Source: Dictyostelium discoideum (lineage: Eukaryota). From it: a stretch of 64,000 nucleotides of DNA. Shown piece after piece: positions 1 to 12,453 of this stretch. The notes below the pieces were generated by a model, which did not search any database, was not told the DNA's origin, and was given only the letters and a program-made list of their open reading frames with translations. Position numbers and translations under genes: made by a program. The stretch lies in assembly GCA_000004695.1 (NCBI GenBank), contig CM000150.2:3808001-3872000 (forward strand). The letters are read 5' to 3'. Position 1 is the first letter of the stretch; each line of letters starts with the position of its first letter.

Positions 1-24
1 TATTTAATTTAGCGATATATTTAA

Positions 25-99
<75 letters not shown>

Positions 100-1034
100 T
101 ATTTTTATTTCTAAAAAAAAGATTTTATTTTTAAAAAAAAAAAAAAAAGTGGTAAAGATTGTGTGTCTTTTTCTTTTTTTTTTTATAAACATAAAATTAA
201 TTTTTTTTTTTTTTTTTATTTTATGGGTTTAAAATCCAGAATACCATAATTATACTACTTTTTATTTTTTTTTTTTTTTAAATTGTTTTATTTTTTTTTT
301 TTTATGGAATCATTCGATTACTTGAACCTTATATAAAAATTAATTTAGATTTTTTTTAAAAATTTATTTTTAATAAATTGCGACATAAAGCTCGAGAATG
401 ATGTTTTTTTTTTATTTTTTTTTTTTTTTTAATTTGACCAGCACTAACCTAACGCCATCATTTATTGAATAATGTCATACGTAATACCAGAGACAGAATT
501 TTCATACAAAATAAAAAATAAAAAAAAAAAAAAAAATAATAAAAATTAATTTATTTTTTTTTTTTATTTTTTTTATTATTAAACACATACACACACTACA
601 TCCAGAGTAAAATTTTTTTTTTATTCTTTTTTATTTTCTATTCCATTTTTATTACAAAACAAAAAAAAAAAAAACAAAAAAAATTTTATTTGTATTAATT
701 TAAATATTTGCAAAAATAAAATAAAACAAAACAAAACAAAATATAAAAAAACAAAAATAAAAAATAAATTTATTAAAAAAAAAAAAAAAATAAAATAAAA
801 TAAAAATAAAAATTTGTTTCATTACTCCATAGTATCGACATCTCGGTAAGTTTTTTTTTTTTTTTTTTTATTTTTTTTTTTTTTTTATTTTTTAATTTCC
901 TTTTTTCTAATTTTTTTTTTTTATTTTTTTTATTTTTTTCAATATATAACCCTTATACCATTAATATATATAATATTACACAAAAAAAGTAGAACCAAAT
1001 AAAATTAAAAGAAATCTTAAAAATATTAAAAGAA

Positions 1035-1411
1035 ATGGAATCAACAGCATCAACAAGCGATAGTGCATCCGCCATAACCACTGGTTTAAGTGAAGTAGAC
1101 ATTAATCAACAATCTCCACCAATTATACTTAAAGAGGGTGAGATTTTTGACCCATTAAAAAATTTAAATGAAAAACAATTAGAAGCATTCAAAGAGATTA
1201 AATCAAATTTCTCAGATTTAACTGATCCAACTGATATTGCATTTTGTACAGATATGTGTTTTTTAAGATATTTAAGAGCTAGAAATTATATTGTTTCAAA
1301 ATCTGAAAAAGTAAGTTTTTTTTTAAAATTAATTAATTTAAAAAAATAAAAAAAATAAAAAAATAATAAAAAAATAAAACTTTTACTAATCGAATTTCAA
1401 ATTTATTTTTT

Positions 1412-1450
<39 letters not shown>

Positions 1451-1882
1451 GATTTCTAAAATTTTTTTTATTATTTATTTTTAGATGTTAAGAGACACAT
1501 TAGAATGGAGAAAGAAATTTAGACCACAAGATATCCAATTAGGTGGTGATATTAGAGAAATTGGTTCAGCTGGTTGTGTTTATGTAAATAAAAGAGACAA
1601 AAAAGGAAGACCAATCATTTTTGCAGTTCCAAGAAATGATACACTCAAAAATGTACCAAGTGAACTCAAATTTAAAAATTTAGTTTATTGGTTAGAACAA
1701 GGTTTCAGTCGTATGGATGAACCAAAAGGTATTGAACAATTTTGTTTCATTGTCGATTATAAAGATTTCGGTAGTGGTAATATGGATATGAAAACAAATT
1801 TAGAAGCTATGCACTTTTTATTAGATCATTGTCCAGAAAGAATGGGTCAATCTTTATTCCTTGATGTATGTATTATTAATTA

Positions 1883-1943
<61 letters not shown>

Positions 1944-2441
1944 TTTTTTTTGGTATTAATAATTTTATTTTTTTTTTTTTTTATTTTTTTTTTTTTTTTT
2001 TAGCCACCAGCACTCTTTTGGTTTGCATGGAAAATTATTTCACCATTTTTAAATGAAGTTACACTTTCAAAAGTTAGATTTATAAATAGTAAAAAAGTTG
2101 ATGGAAAAAGAACTTTTGCAGAATTATTAGAATATGTTGATATTGAAAATTTGGAACAAAATTTAGGTGGTAATTTAGATTATAATTACAATATCGATGA
2201 ATACTTGAAAGAAAATCCAGATCCAATCGTAGATACTCCACCAATCACTTTTTCAACTGAAACAGATTCAAAAAAACAAAAGAAAGAAAAGAAAAAAGAA
2301 GAAAAAGAAAAGAAAAAAGAAGAAAAAGAAAAGAAAAAAGAAGAAAAAGAAGAGAAAAAGAAAGAAAAAGAAGAGAAAAAGAAATTAAAGAAAGAAGCAT
2401 CTTTTACTAAACAACAAGAAAATGCTGATGAAGTTGATTAA
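1035..2441 (+). CDS. Sec14-like CRAL-TRIO lipid-binding/transfer protein; 3 exons approx 1035-1310, 1485-1865, 2004-2441
   Basis: Track ORFs 1035-1349, 1485-2003 and 2151-2441 join in frame via a GTAAGT..TTAG intron (1311-1484) and a GTATGT..TTTAG intron (1866-2003). The protein has a Sec14 N-terminal motif ([11 protein letters not shown]) and a CRAL-TRIO core ([11 protein letters not shown]...FIVDYKDFG...FLDV|[16 protein letters not shown]). The C-terminus is a Lys/Glu-rich (KKEEKEKKK) repeat tail. Confidence 0.75.
1884..1943. repeat. (ATT)20 microsatellite inside intron 2 of the CRAL-TRIO gene
   Basis: Direct reading shows uninterrupted attattatt… followed by a T-run and the acceptor. Confidence 0.9.
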
Positions 2442-2509
2442 ATTTAATTTAATTTTTGTTACACCTTTTTTTAAAAAAACATTGTTAAATTTCCATTTGT
2501 TGTAAATAA

Positions 2510-2556
<47 letters not shown>

Positions 2557-2810
2557 ATATCTTTTTTAAATAAAACCCGATTCATATTTATTGATTATCA
2601 AATCAATAAATAAATTACCATTTTAATTTTAATTTTTATTATTATTTTTTCCAGATATTTCAAAGTTTCGTTTAAAACGTTTTTTTTAATTAGAAAATAT
2701 TTTTTTTTTTTTTTTTTTTATTTTTTTTTTTTTTATATTTTTTTTTTTTTTTTTAATCATATTTTTTTTTTTTTTATTTAAAAATAATTATAAAATAAAT
2801 TTTCTATAAA

Positions 2811-4257
2811 ATGGAAGAATATACAGATTCAGGAGAAGATAAAAATGTATATAGTGATGATGATAATGATTATTTTACGGCATCAACACAAAATAATAGA
2901 ACCTCAAAGAATACTGATTCCTCTCCTTTGGATCCAAAAGTAAATACTTGTTTTTAAACAATAATTATAATAATAATAGTAATATTAATAATAAATAAAT
3001 AATAATAAATAATAGTAATCTATTATTATTATTCTTACTAATATTAGTAATGATATAATGAATTACTCAATTTGTTGTAAAATTTTTTTTTTTAAAAAAA
3101 AAAAAAAGAGATTAGCAGAAGAAATGTCAAAAATTCAACCAAAACATGAAAAAGAGAAAAAAAAATTATTTGAATCATATTATAAGACAAGAGAAAATGA
3201 AGAAAATGGTGCTGATAATCATTGTTTTAAATTTAATAAAATATATACAGATTTAAAATTTGATTATAGTGTATTGGTATCGGGTTTTGGTAGTAAAATT
3301 CAATTAATTGAAACCTTTGTAAAAGAATTTTGTACTGATGGTCCTTCACTTCATTTTAAAGGTTATTTACCAAATTTAAGTGTTAGAGATGTATGTTTTT
3401 TTTTTTATTTTTTTTCAATTCTTTATTTTTGTTTAGAAAAAAAAAAAAAAAAAAAAAAAAAATAATATTAATATAAATATTTTTTAATTTTATTTAGTTA
3501 TTATATAAAATTACTTTTTCATTATTTGGTATTGACAAAAAGATAGCATCACCAATTGCACATTGTAATTTTATAAAGAGTATATTTGAAAGTGGTAGTA
3601 TGGATATTAATAAAATGAGACAAACATTTGGTGGTAGATTTGATTATGGAATACCTGATCATGTTTATGTTGTAATTCATAATATTGATGGATATTCATT
3701 AAGAAATGAAACTAGTCAATTAACATTAGCATTATTAGCAACTATACCTCAAGTACATATGATTGCAACAATAGATGCAATAGGTGCACAATTATTATGG
3801 GATAATAGAATGTTATCAAATTTCAATTGGACAACTTATTCAATGCCAACTTATCAACCATATGATTTAGAATTATCTTATGATACAAACACCAAAGGTG
3901 GTGGTGGTGGCGGTGGTATTGGTAGTAAATCTTCAAGTGGTACCAATAAGAATTTACAACCATCAACAATTTTAACCGTTTTGAAAAGTTTAACTGAAAT
4001 TTCAACAGATATATTCAAAGAATTATTAACTTATCTAATTAAGAAAAAGAAAAATAAAATGGAATTTAAAATACTTTTTGATATTTGTAGAGACGCATTT
4101 TTAGTTAGTTCTGAATCTGGTTTAAAAACTCAACTTCGAGAATTTATTGATCATAAAATTATTATTCAAAAAGAAATTGGTGATACAACTTTTTTAATTA
4201 TTCCAATTGAAACTTCTGTTATGGAAATTATTTTATCACAATTAGAAAATTCAATAT

Positions 4258-4262
<5 letters not shown>
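2811..4262 (+). CDS. orcB: Origin recognition complex subunit 2 (ORC2); 3 exons approx 2811-2939, 3109-3390, 3498-4262
   Basis: Exon 1 ATG at 2811 (MEEYTDSGEDK...PLDPK) ends at a GTAAAT donor. Exons 2 and 3 carry the ORC2 hallmarks 'VLVSGFGSKIQLIETF' and 'HVYVVIHNIDG...HMIATIDAIGAQLLWD...FNWTTYSMPTYQPY', matching the conserved ORC2 C-terminal half. Exon phases are all 0. The exon 2 acceptor (…tttttttaaaaaaaaaaaag|AG) is atypical, so the exon 2 start is uncertain. The symbol follows Dictyostelium naming and is an inference. Confidence 0.65.
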
Positions 4263-4296
<34 letters not shown>

Positions 4297-4396
4297 TAAT
4301 TAATAATAAAAAATATATAAATATTTTTGTAAATTTTAAAAAATTAGTTTTATGGTTTTATAAATTTCTTTAAACAATTTGTTTTATTATTAAATA

Positions 4397-4452
<56 letters not shown>

Positions 4453-4472
4453 CCTATTTTTTAGATTTTAAT

Positions 4473-7400
4473 TCAATTTGAATTTGAACTTGAAGCACCT
4501 TCATAAGAATGATCTTCATGTTGATCATAAACAGAATTTGATTGAAATCTAATTAAAATAAATAATCTATCATCTTCACGTAACATAGTCGATGGTGAAG
4601 GATTTGTTAGTACATAACGAGTGATTTCATCATTATGAGAATCAAGATCATCAATTAAATGAGGAGGTAAACCTGATACAACTGGATTGATTGGTGTATT
4701 CATATTAGTTTTTTGAGAAGTACCAGAGGCATCTATTGGAGTTGAATTGTAACTATTGTTTAGATCTTGATTTGGGGAGGAAGCACCATTTACAGTATTC
4801 TTATTAGCACCACCACCTTTATGATGAGTTCTAAATAAAGCTATACAAATTATATTTGATTCGACTAAACTTTCAAATAAGTAACCAAATCTATGATGAT
4901 AGAAATGTTCAGGTAATGGTACTTGAAATACTTTGGTAACACTTTTTTTGAATTGATTATCAGTGTTCATACCAACCAATACACTAATCATACTTAATAA
5001 ATGTGGATTAAAGAAACATTGACATAATAAACTATCGAAAACTGAACTAAGGAAAACATTACCAGCTGCGAATGATGGTGAATGATAAAATGGTTGATTT
5101 TGTTTCCAATTGAAATTACCAGGTAAGAATTTCATATTTAAAGGTTCAGAGATTTCATAGATTGGAAATATTTTAATATTTTTTCTAGCTACTTCTCTTA
5201 TACAAACCATTGATAATAATGTTTCACGATCATTGAATAATAATTCTTCAGAGTTTGCATCATGAGTGAGTACGACGATCTTTGAACATTTATAGACACC
5301 AGCTCTTTTCAAATCACTAAATTCATAACATTTACCTTCAACTACATAAATCTCTGGATAACTTTCAATATATTTCCATTGATCTTCTGTTAGTTTTGGT
5401 GTTAAAATGACGATTGGTTCATAACGTCTAATATGACCTTCTCTAAGTGGTGAAATGAAATTTTCAATACAATCAACTGATGAACCTGCAATGATAATAT
5501 GATTTCTAATATTATCCATTGATTCTACACTATCTACAATACAATCATCTAAAAAGTGAGAACCCCAAAATCTTTTTGGTAATCTACTTGAAAATAAATC
5601 ATTTGAAGGTGGTTGTGGTATATCGGTCATTAAACTAGTTGAATTACCAGTAGTTGTACTAAAATCCATACTTGGTGGTCTACCAATAGTTTGATGTAAA
5701 TGTATATCGGTACTATTTAATGGATTAAAGTTATTGGAAGCAGCGGCAATATTATTAGTAGTATTATCTTCAAAATCAATTGAAGAATTACGTTTATGAT
5801 GTTGATGATGATGTTGTTGTTGTTGTTGTTGTTGTTGTTGTCTATGTTGACCATTTGTTAAAAATGTAAAATTATCAACACCAACAGTACCATTTGTATC
5901 AGTTGTAAGACCACCACCAATACTTGTTGTTTTTTGAAAAGTATTTTTTGAAATTGTATCATCACTACTATCAGTATTACCATTTAAAATATCTCTTTTC
6001 TTTTCTAATAACATTCTTCTTAATGATTTTTTATTCGTATTTTTATTATGAGATTTTGGTATGAATTTTAATTTACATTGATAAGATTTATCAATTGGAT
6101 CATATTCCCAAACCAATTTACAATCTTTATCCAATATACCAATTTCAGTATTACGTAGATTTGTTTGTTTAATTGCTTCAATCTTTCTTTTGACCAATTC
6201 AGTACCACAAAATTTAATTCTTTTAGATTGAAGTTTATTCTTTGCCAATAATACACCATAGGTACCTTCTTGAATGATGAATGAATTCTTTGGATTAATT
6301 TTAATTCTACGTTTATCACCACTTTGAACTTCTATACCAAAAATGATCATACCAAAAGTTTCATAAACCAATTGAACCACTTGTGAGAATGTTAAACCAT
6401 AGAATGCACTTGAAAAAGGTTGAGTGAAAATTTCATAAGAATTACCACTTGCATATTCATCGGAATCATTATATTTCTCAAGATCTGATCTTAATAAATT
6501 CATAACCAATGTGATAAAACCTGGTGAAATACAAGATTGTGCTAAAAGATTCATTTTTAATTCTTGTACTGATACTACTTGAGTTGCACCTGCAGCAATC
6601 ATTTTTCTCTTTAATCTTGGTACCATTGCTTGAGCGAAAATTGGTATAGTTGCATTGAATGATCTAACAGACATCACTCTTAAAATGTTTTCATTATCAT
6701 CTTGTTGTGAATGATTTAATGATTTCTTAGAGAAAATGAAAACTGCTTTCGATCGATCCAATTTAACCCTTTGAACATCTTGTTGACTACCTATTGAACC
6801 TTTGAAAAAGAAATATCTTTTTTTAATTCTATTGGTTAAAGAATCCCAAAATGAAGGTTGGTCAACATTTGATAGAATAATCACTGGCATTTCACCAATT
6901 CTAGAATTAAAGAAGAATTCCCTTAGAAATGTGGTTAAAGAACTTTCGAAAATGTTACCAATGATAGTTACAAATTTCTTCTTTTTAGATGGTTTATATT
7001 CACCATTCCATGATTTAGTTGCTGAAAGTACTGCAATTAATTTACCAGTTTGAACAGGTAAATAACCCAATGCAACCATAATCATTAAAATCGCTACCAT
7101 TCTACCCAATGTTGATCTTGGTGTTATATCACCATAACCAACGGTTGACAATGATACAACTGCATAATAAATTGAATCATGAAATTTAATACCTTCAATT
7201 TCACATATCATTGATGCAAATAAAATAATTAATATAATAATCGATAATATCAATTGAATTATTTGTTTCAATACTGATGTTGCGCCATGAAGTTTAAATA
7301 ATCTTGGAGCTTTTAAAATTCTTAAAACTCTTAAAAATCCTAATGGTGTTACTGGAATTGATGGTATCATTGTAATTAAAATTGGTACAATTGTAATAAT

Positions 7401-8336
7401 ATCTAAAATTGTATTTTTTTTTTTAAAAAATTTAATTCTTTTTTTTTAAAAAAAAAAAAATAAAAATAAATTAATAAATAAATAATTTATAAATAATTAA
7501 TAAAATATATATATTTATTATTAATATTTTTTATTTTTTTTTTATTTTTTTTTTTATTTTACTTACTTATCTTTTGCAAAAATAAAAATTCTAACAAAAT
7601 CAAAACAAAAATAAGCAGAAATTGCAACAACAACATGATTAATTTGACGAACTCTAAAATTATTAGTAATTTCATCTTGAGTGATTGGATATTTTACCAT
7701 ATTTGGTAAATAAGATAAAGCAATGAATAAACCAATTGAAACTATTGATAGGAAAATATTGATATGTTCAAGTACGAAATCAACTCTTTGATAAGTTTCT
7801 TTATATGCTTTTAAATATAATCTCTTTTTTTTATCTTCTTCAAAATTTACTATATCATTATTTTCAAATGAATTCTCATCAATTTCTTCGATTGAACCAT
7901 CTGAATCTGAATCTGAATCTGAATTCTCCAAATGTGATGATACACCCAATACAGTATCCTTTTGATGATTTCCTGTTAATTGTTGTTCATAAACTTCATT
8001 TTGATCTCTAAATGATTCATTATAAAATGATGATTGCTTTAAATAACCTTCATCATCAAATCTTGATTTATTAAAATCAACTTTTGGTATTATTTTATCT
8101 GCATTCAAATTTGGACTACTCCTATTAATTGATTCATTAATATTTACAATTTTACTAACTCTTCTTTCTCTAATTCCATTATTATTATCATTTAAATTAT
8201 TATTATTACTATTATTATTATTATTTTTTAAAATACTATTATTATTATTATTATTATTTTTATCACCATCACCTATATTATTTCCATTATTGATAATAGG
8301 GGATGGTGATGGCTTTTTTCCTTCCTCTTCATCCAT
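4473..8336 (-). CDS. Voltage/Ca-activated-type (BK/Slo-like) potassium channel alpha subunit; 2 exons approx 8336-7567 and 7437-4473
   Basis: Track ORFs 7563-8336(-) and 4473-7370(-) are linked by a GTAAGT donor at 7566 and an upstream AG acceptor. The S3-S4 region (DIITIVPILI.., LGFLRVLRILKAPRLFKLH with Arg every third residue) and the selectivity filter 'SLSTVGYGDITP' are present. The long C-terminus is RCK-like (VTIIGNIF..., VIILSNVDQP). A poly-Gln/His tract and a 250-aa Asn-rich N-terminus are also present. The exact exon 2 acceptor is uncertain. Confidence 0.7.
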
Positions 8337-9625
8337 TAAAGGTTGATAAAAATGATTTCCTAAAATTTTATTTCCCTTTTGAAAAAATCTAACTTGTCTC
8401 TATATTTTTTTTTTTTTTTTAAAAATAAACATAAAAATATTAATTATTTTTATCTTTAGATTATAAAAAAAAAAAAAAGGATCTTTATATTTTTTCTTTT
8501 TCTTTTTTTTTTTTTTTTTTTTCTCTTTATTTATTTAGTAATTTGATGTATTTGAGAAAAAAAAAAAAAAAAAAAAAAAAAAAGAAATTATTTTTGTAAA
8601 AAAAAAAATTTAAAAATAAATTATTTTGGTACCAAGGACCACTTTTTTTTATTTGGGGTCTGAAAATAAAAATATTTCGATTTCTTGTGAAAAAAAATAA
8701 TAAAAAAAATAAAAAAAAAAATGGAAAAAAATTTTTTTTTTTTAAATTCTTTTTTAATTTTTTTTATTTTTTTTATTTTTTTTATTTTTTTTATTTTTTT
8801 TATTTTTTTTTTTTAATTTAAGCCTGGTCATAAAAAGATTTATTATAATATGTTACAAAAAAAAAAACTAAATAAAAATGCAATTATTTTTTGATTTTAA
8901 ATTTTTTTTTTTTTTTTTTTACCATTTAAATAAATAATATAATAAAAATAAAATAAAAAACTTACACATTATAATAAAAATATTATTTATAATAATAAAA
9001 AAAAAAAAAAAAAAAAAAAAGTAAAAATTAATTTATATCTATAATTAAATAGTAAAATTTACTATTGTTTCAAATATATTTTATAAACAACGTGTTTAAT
9101 TTAGATAATTAAATTAGGTACCAAGTGTTTTTAGACAAAATAAAAATTAAATGGATAAAACAAAAAAAAAAAATAAAAAAATAAATAAAAAATTTTTAAA
9201 AATTAAAATTAAAAATAAAATAAAAATTATTATTTTTTTTTTTTAATTTTTCCTTTTATTTTAAATTTTTTTTTTTTTAAATCTCAGATCTGTGATACCA
9301 TATTCTTGAAACTAAAAAATATTTATATTTTTTATTTTTTTTTTATTTTTCATTTTTTTTTATAAAATTAAAAAAAAAATTAAAAAATAAAAATAAATAA
9401 TATTTATTTATTAGTTGGACTATTTTTATTTATTTATTTTTTTTTTTTTTTTGATCTATTTAATGGATTTTTACCACCCCTGAGCATATATAAAAAAAAA
9501 ATAAAAAAAAATATAAAAAAAATATAAATTACTTAATAATTTATATTATTATTCATATTATTTATACATAAATATATATATATTTTTTTTTTTTTATTAT
9601 TTTTTTTTTTTTTTTTAAATTAAAT

Positions 9626-10924
9626 TTATTTTTCTAATAATTTATCAAATTTTCTTTGGTCTAAAACTATTGACTGAATTTCTTCAAATAATTTATCTTC
9701 AGAAATTTTTCTTTGAGGTAATTTATTGAATAAATCTATACATTCATCATAAGTTGCTTGAATTAGATCAGAGATGAAGTAACGTAGAATGGATAGTGCA
9801 GTTCTATATATGAAAATTTCACCTTCAATGAAAACTAAATCCCAAATACGAGTTGCAACATCCAATGGCAATGCTTTTGAGAAGAGGGTTGTTATCCAAT
9901 CGACTAAATAATTCTTTGCACTTATACCAATCTCTTTGAAATGTTTATGTAGTGGTGGTGTCAATGCCTCAACCGTTGAATCCATTGCCGCTAAATATTT
10001 TGGTATACCAGATTGATCTTGACGAAAGAATGGTAAGAAACAAACACTATTGATATGATTTGATAATGATAGAAATGCATCACATTTCTCCATATTCAAT
10101 AGAAACATCGCCGCCAAGAACGTCATGCCCGGCACGTACCCAATGTCGGGCCTGTAGCAAATATAGGCCCCCAACACGTCGATCAAATCGCTATGTAGCG
10201 GACCGCCCTTTTGAAAGATCATCAACGATGGGAACGTGTCTTGAATATCCTGTAAAATCAACGCCATATTAGTCGTCTCCAAATCCAACACGTCATCCTC
10301 GCCATCGGTTGATGTATTCATCGGTGATCTACTATGATGTATTGAATTATTTGCCTGTCTTAAATCTATATTTATATTTGGTGATTTCGATGATGACGAT
10401 AGTGATGATTTTAAAGGTGGTGAAGTAGTTTTATTATATGCGTTATTCGCATGCCCTAAAAATATATTGAAAAGTTCATCGGTGACACGAAGATCATTGC
10501 CTATGCATAGTCTCCAAATTTTGCCGCGCACTGCTGGTGGCAGTCCCCTCCATGATAAATCTTTTATCTTTTTTATATCTCTTTTCTTGCTGTTCTTCTC
10601 CCACACTGGTATGATATCCTCTTCCCATACCTTTCTTGCATCTATCAATGATCTCTCTTTTTCTTTTCTAATTGCATCTAGTTTCTCTTTTTCTTTTGCT
10701 TCTCTCTCTAAAGTTTTCTTTGCTTTCCTCTGTATCTCTTCATATTCTCTCTGATGTTTTAATACTTCCTCTTGTGATTTTGGTGGTAATGTTTTTGGTC
10801 TATCCAATGATGAACTTGGACTTAAAATTAATTTCTCAACTTTACCTGTTGTCACTAATTCTTTATAATTTTCTGGTAAATCACATTGATTATTATTATT
10901 ATTACTACTATTACTCTCTGACAT
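9626..10924 (-). CDS. TBC-domain Rab GTPase-activating protein (single exon as far as visible)
   Basis: The 432-aa ORF has a coiled-coil N-terminus followed by a TBC domain with an Arg finger (LPPAVRGKIWRLCIGN), 'DIQDTFPS' (the IxxDxxR motif position) and 'YVPGMTF' (the YxQ motif position). Confidence 0.75.
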   Translation of the reverse strand: MSESNSSNNNNNQCDLPENYKELVTTGKVEKLILSPSSSLDRPKTLPPKSQEEVLKHQREYEEIQRKAKKTLEREAKEKEKLDAIRKEKERSLIDARKVWEEDIIPVWEKNSKKRDIKKIKDLSWRGLPPAVRGKIWRLCIGNDLRVTDELFNIFLGHANNAYNKTTSPPLKSSLSSSSKSPNINIDLRQANNSIHHSRSPMNTSTDGEDDVLDLETTNMALILQDIQDTFPSLMIFQKGGPLHSDLIDVLGAYICYRPDIGYVPGMTFLAAMFLLNMEKCDAFLSLSNHINSVCFLPFFRQDQSGIPKYLAAMDSTVEALTPPLHKHFKEIGISAKNYLVDWITTLFSKALPLDVATRIWDLVFIEGEIFIYRTALSILRYFISDLIQATYDECIDLFNKLPQRKISEDKLFEEIQSIVLDQRKFDKLLEK

Positions 10925-11030
10925 TATATGTCAATGAAAAAATAAAAAAAATATAAATATATATATATTAAATAAATAATAAATAATAAATAATAAATAA
11001 AAACAAATAAATAAATTAGACTCTTTCTTT

Positions 11031-11063
<33 letters not shown>

Positions 11064-11068
11064 TATTA

Positions 11069-11108
<40 letters not shown>

Positions 11109-11514
11109 TTTGAAAAAATTAAAAAATTAAAAAATAAAAAAAAAAATAAAAAAAATAAAAAATTCACTCAGTGTGGGCAGTACTGTTGTCAAAACAAATC
11201 ATTTTTTTTCTGCATGATGGTATTCAAATATATAACCCAGGGTCATATTTATTTTTTGAAAATGTTTTTATTTTTTTTTTATTTTTATTTTTTAAAATTA
11301 GTGTAGAATAAAAATAATAATTTTTATAAATTCTCCACTACTTTTTGATATGGCTTGTAAATATTGCTTTGTTTTGATGGTTTTGAAATCCAAATATTAT
11401 TATGAATAAAGTTTGTAGTACTAGAAAAAAAAAAAATAAAAAAAAAAAAAAATTAAAAAAATAAAAATAAACATAAAATAAAAATAATATCGATCTATTT
11501 TAAAAACCCTGATT

Positions 11515-11546
<32 letters not shown>

Positions 11547-12453
11547 TTTGAATCCTTTTTTACTTTCTTTTTTGTTTTTTTTTTTTGTTATTGATTTTTT
11601 TTTTATTTTTGAATTTTTTTTGTTATCGATTTCTTTTTTATTTTTTGAATTTTTTTTTAATTAATCAGATTTTTTTTTTTTTTTTTTTTTCTGAAAAGTT
11701 TCTTTTTGTTTTTTCCATTTAATTTTTAATTTTTAAAATTTCTTGAAAGTTTTTGATGCGCCTGACTTGACAGGAATTTTCTTTAGGACATAGATACTAT
11801 ACAAAAAAAAAAAAAAATAAAAAAAAATAAAAAAAATATATTTATTTATATAAAAAATAAATAAAAAAAAATTCAAAAAAAAAAAAAAAAAAAACAATAG
11901 TAATAAAAATAATAATAAATAAAAATGAAAATATAAAAAAAAAAAAGTGTTCCACAGAAACAAAAAAGAAAAACCAGTTATTATTGTAGTTTTCGAAATG
12001 ATATAATTAGATTATCTTTTTTCTTTCTATTGTTTTTGATGATGAAAATAAAAAAAATATTCAAAAATAAAAAAAAAATTTGATTTTGTCTAAAAACGAT
12101 GGATGCTTCCAAAAATTTTCTATTTTTTTTTTTTTCTTTATTATTTTTATTTTTTAAAATTTTTTTTATTTTTTATTTTTTTATTTTTTTTATTTTTTTT
12201 TAATTTTTTTTTTTTTCAATTTTTTTTTTTTTCAAATTTTACAACAGTTATACCGCACAAAAAAAAAATAATATAGAATTAATAAAGAAAATTAAATGTT
12301 TAAATAACAAATACAAATACATATCAATAATTAATAATAATAATAATAACAATAATAAAAATAATAATAATATTAGTGAAATCATAAATTTAAATTAAAT
12401 ATAATATTCAAATAATAAATAATAATTAATTAATTAAAAAAAAAAAAAAAATA

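Noticed and set aside
4-192. Track ORFs composed of F/K/I/N runs (for example 4-192, 2385-2585, 11733-11963, 25335-25937, 26341-26598, 46668-47181, 50617-51100, 54030-54317, 59866-60099)
   Set aside because: These are translations of poly(dA)/poly(dT) and simple AT repeats in intergenic or intron sequence, with no codon structure. They are not genes.
10060-10956. Plus-strand ORFs antisense to the TBC gene (10060-10272, 10467-10754, 10672-10956)
   Set aside because: They lie opposite a well-supported domain-containing CDS and have no start context or similarity. They are kept only as a pointer for the GC-island finding.
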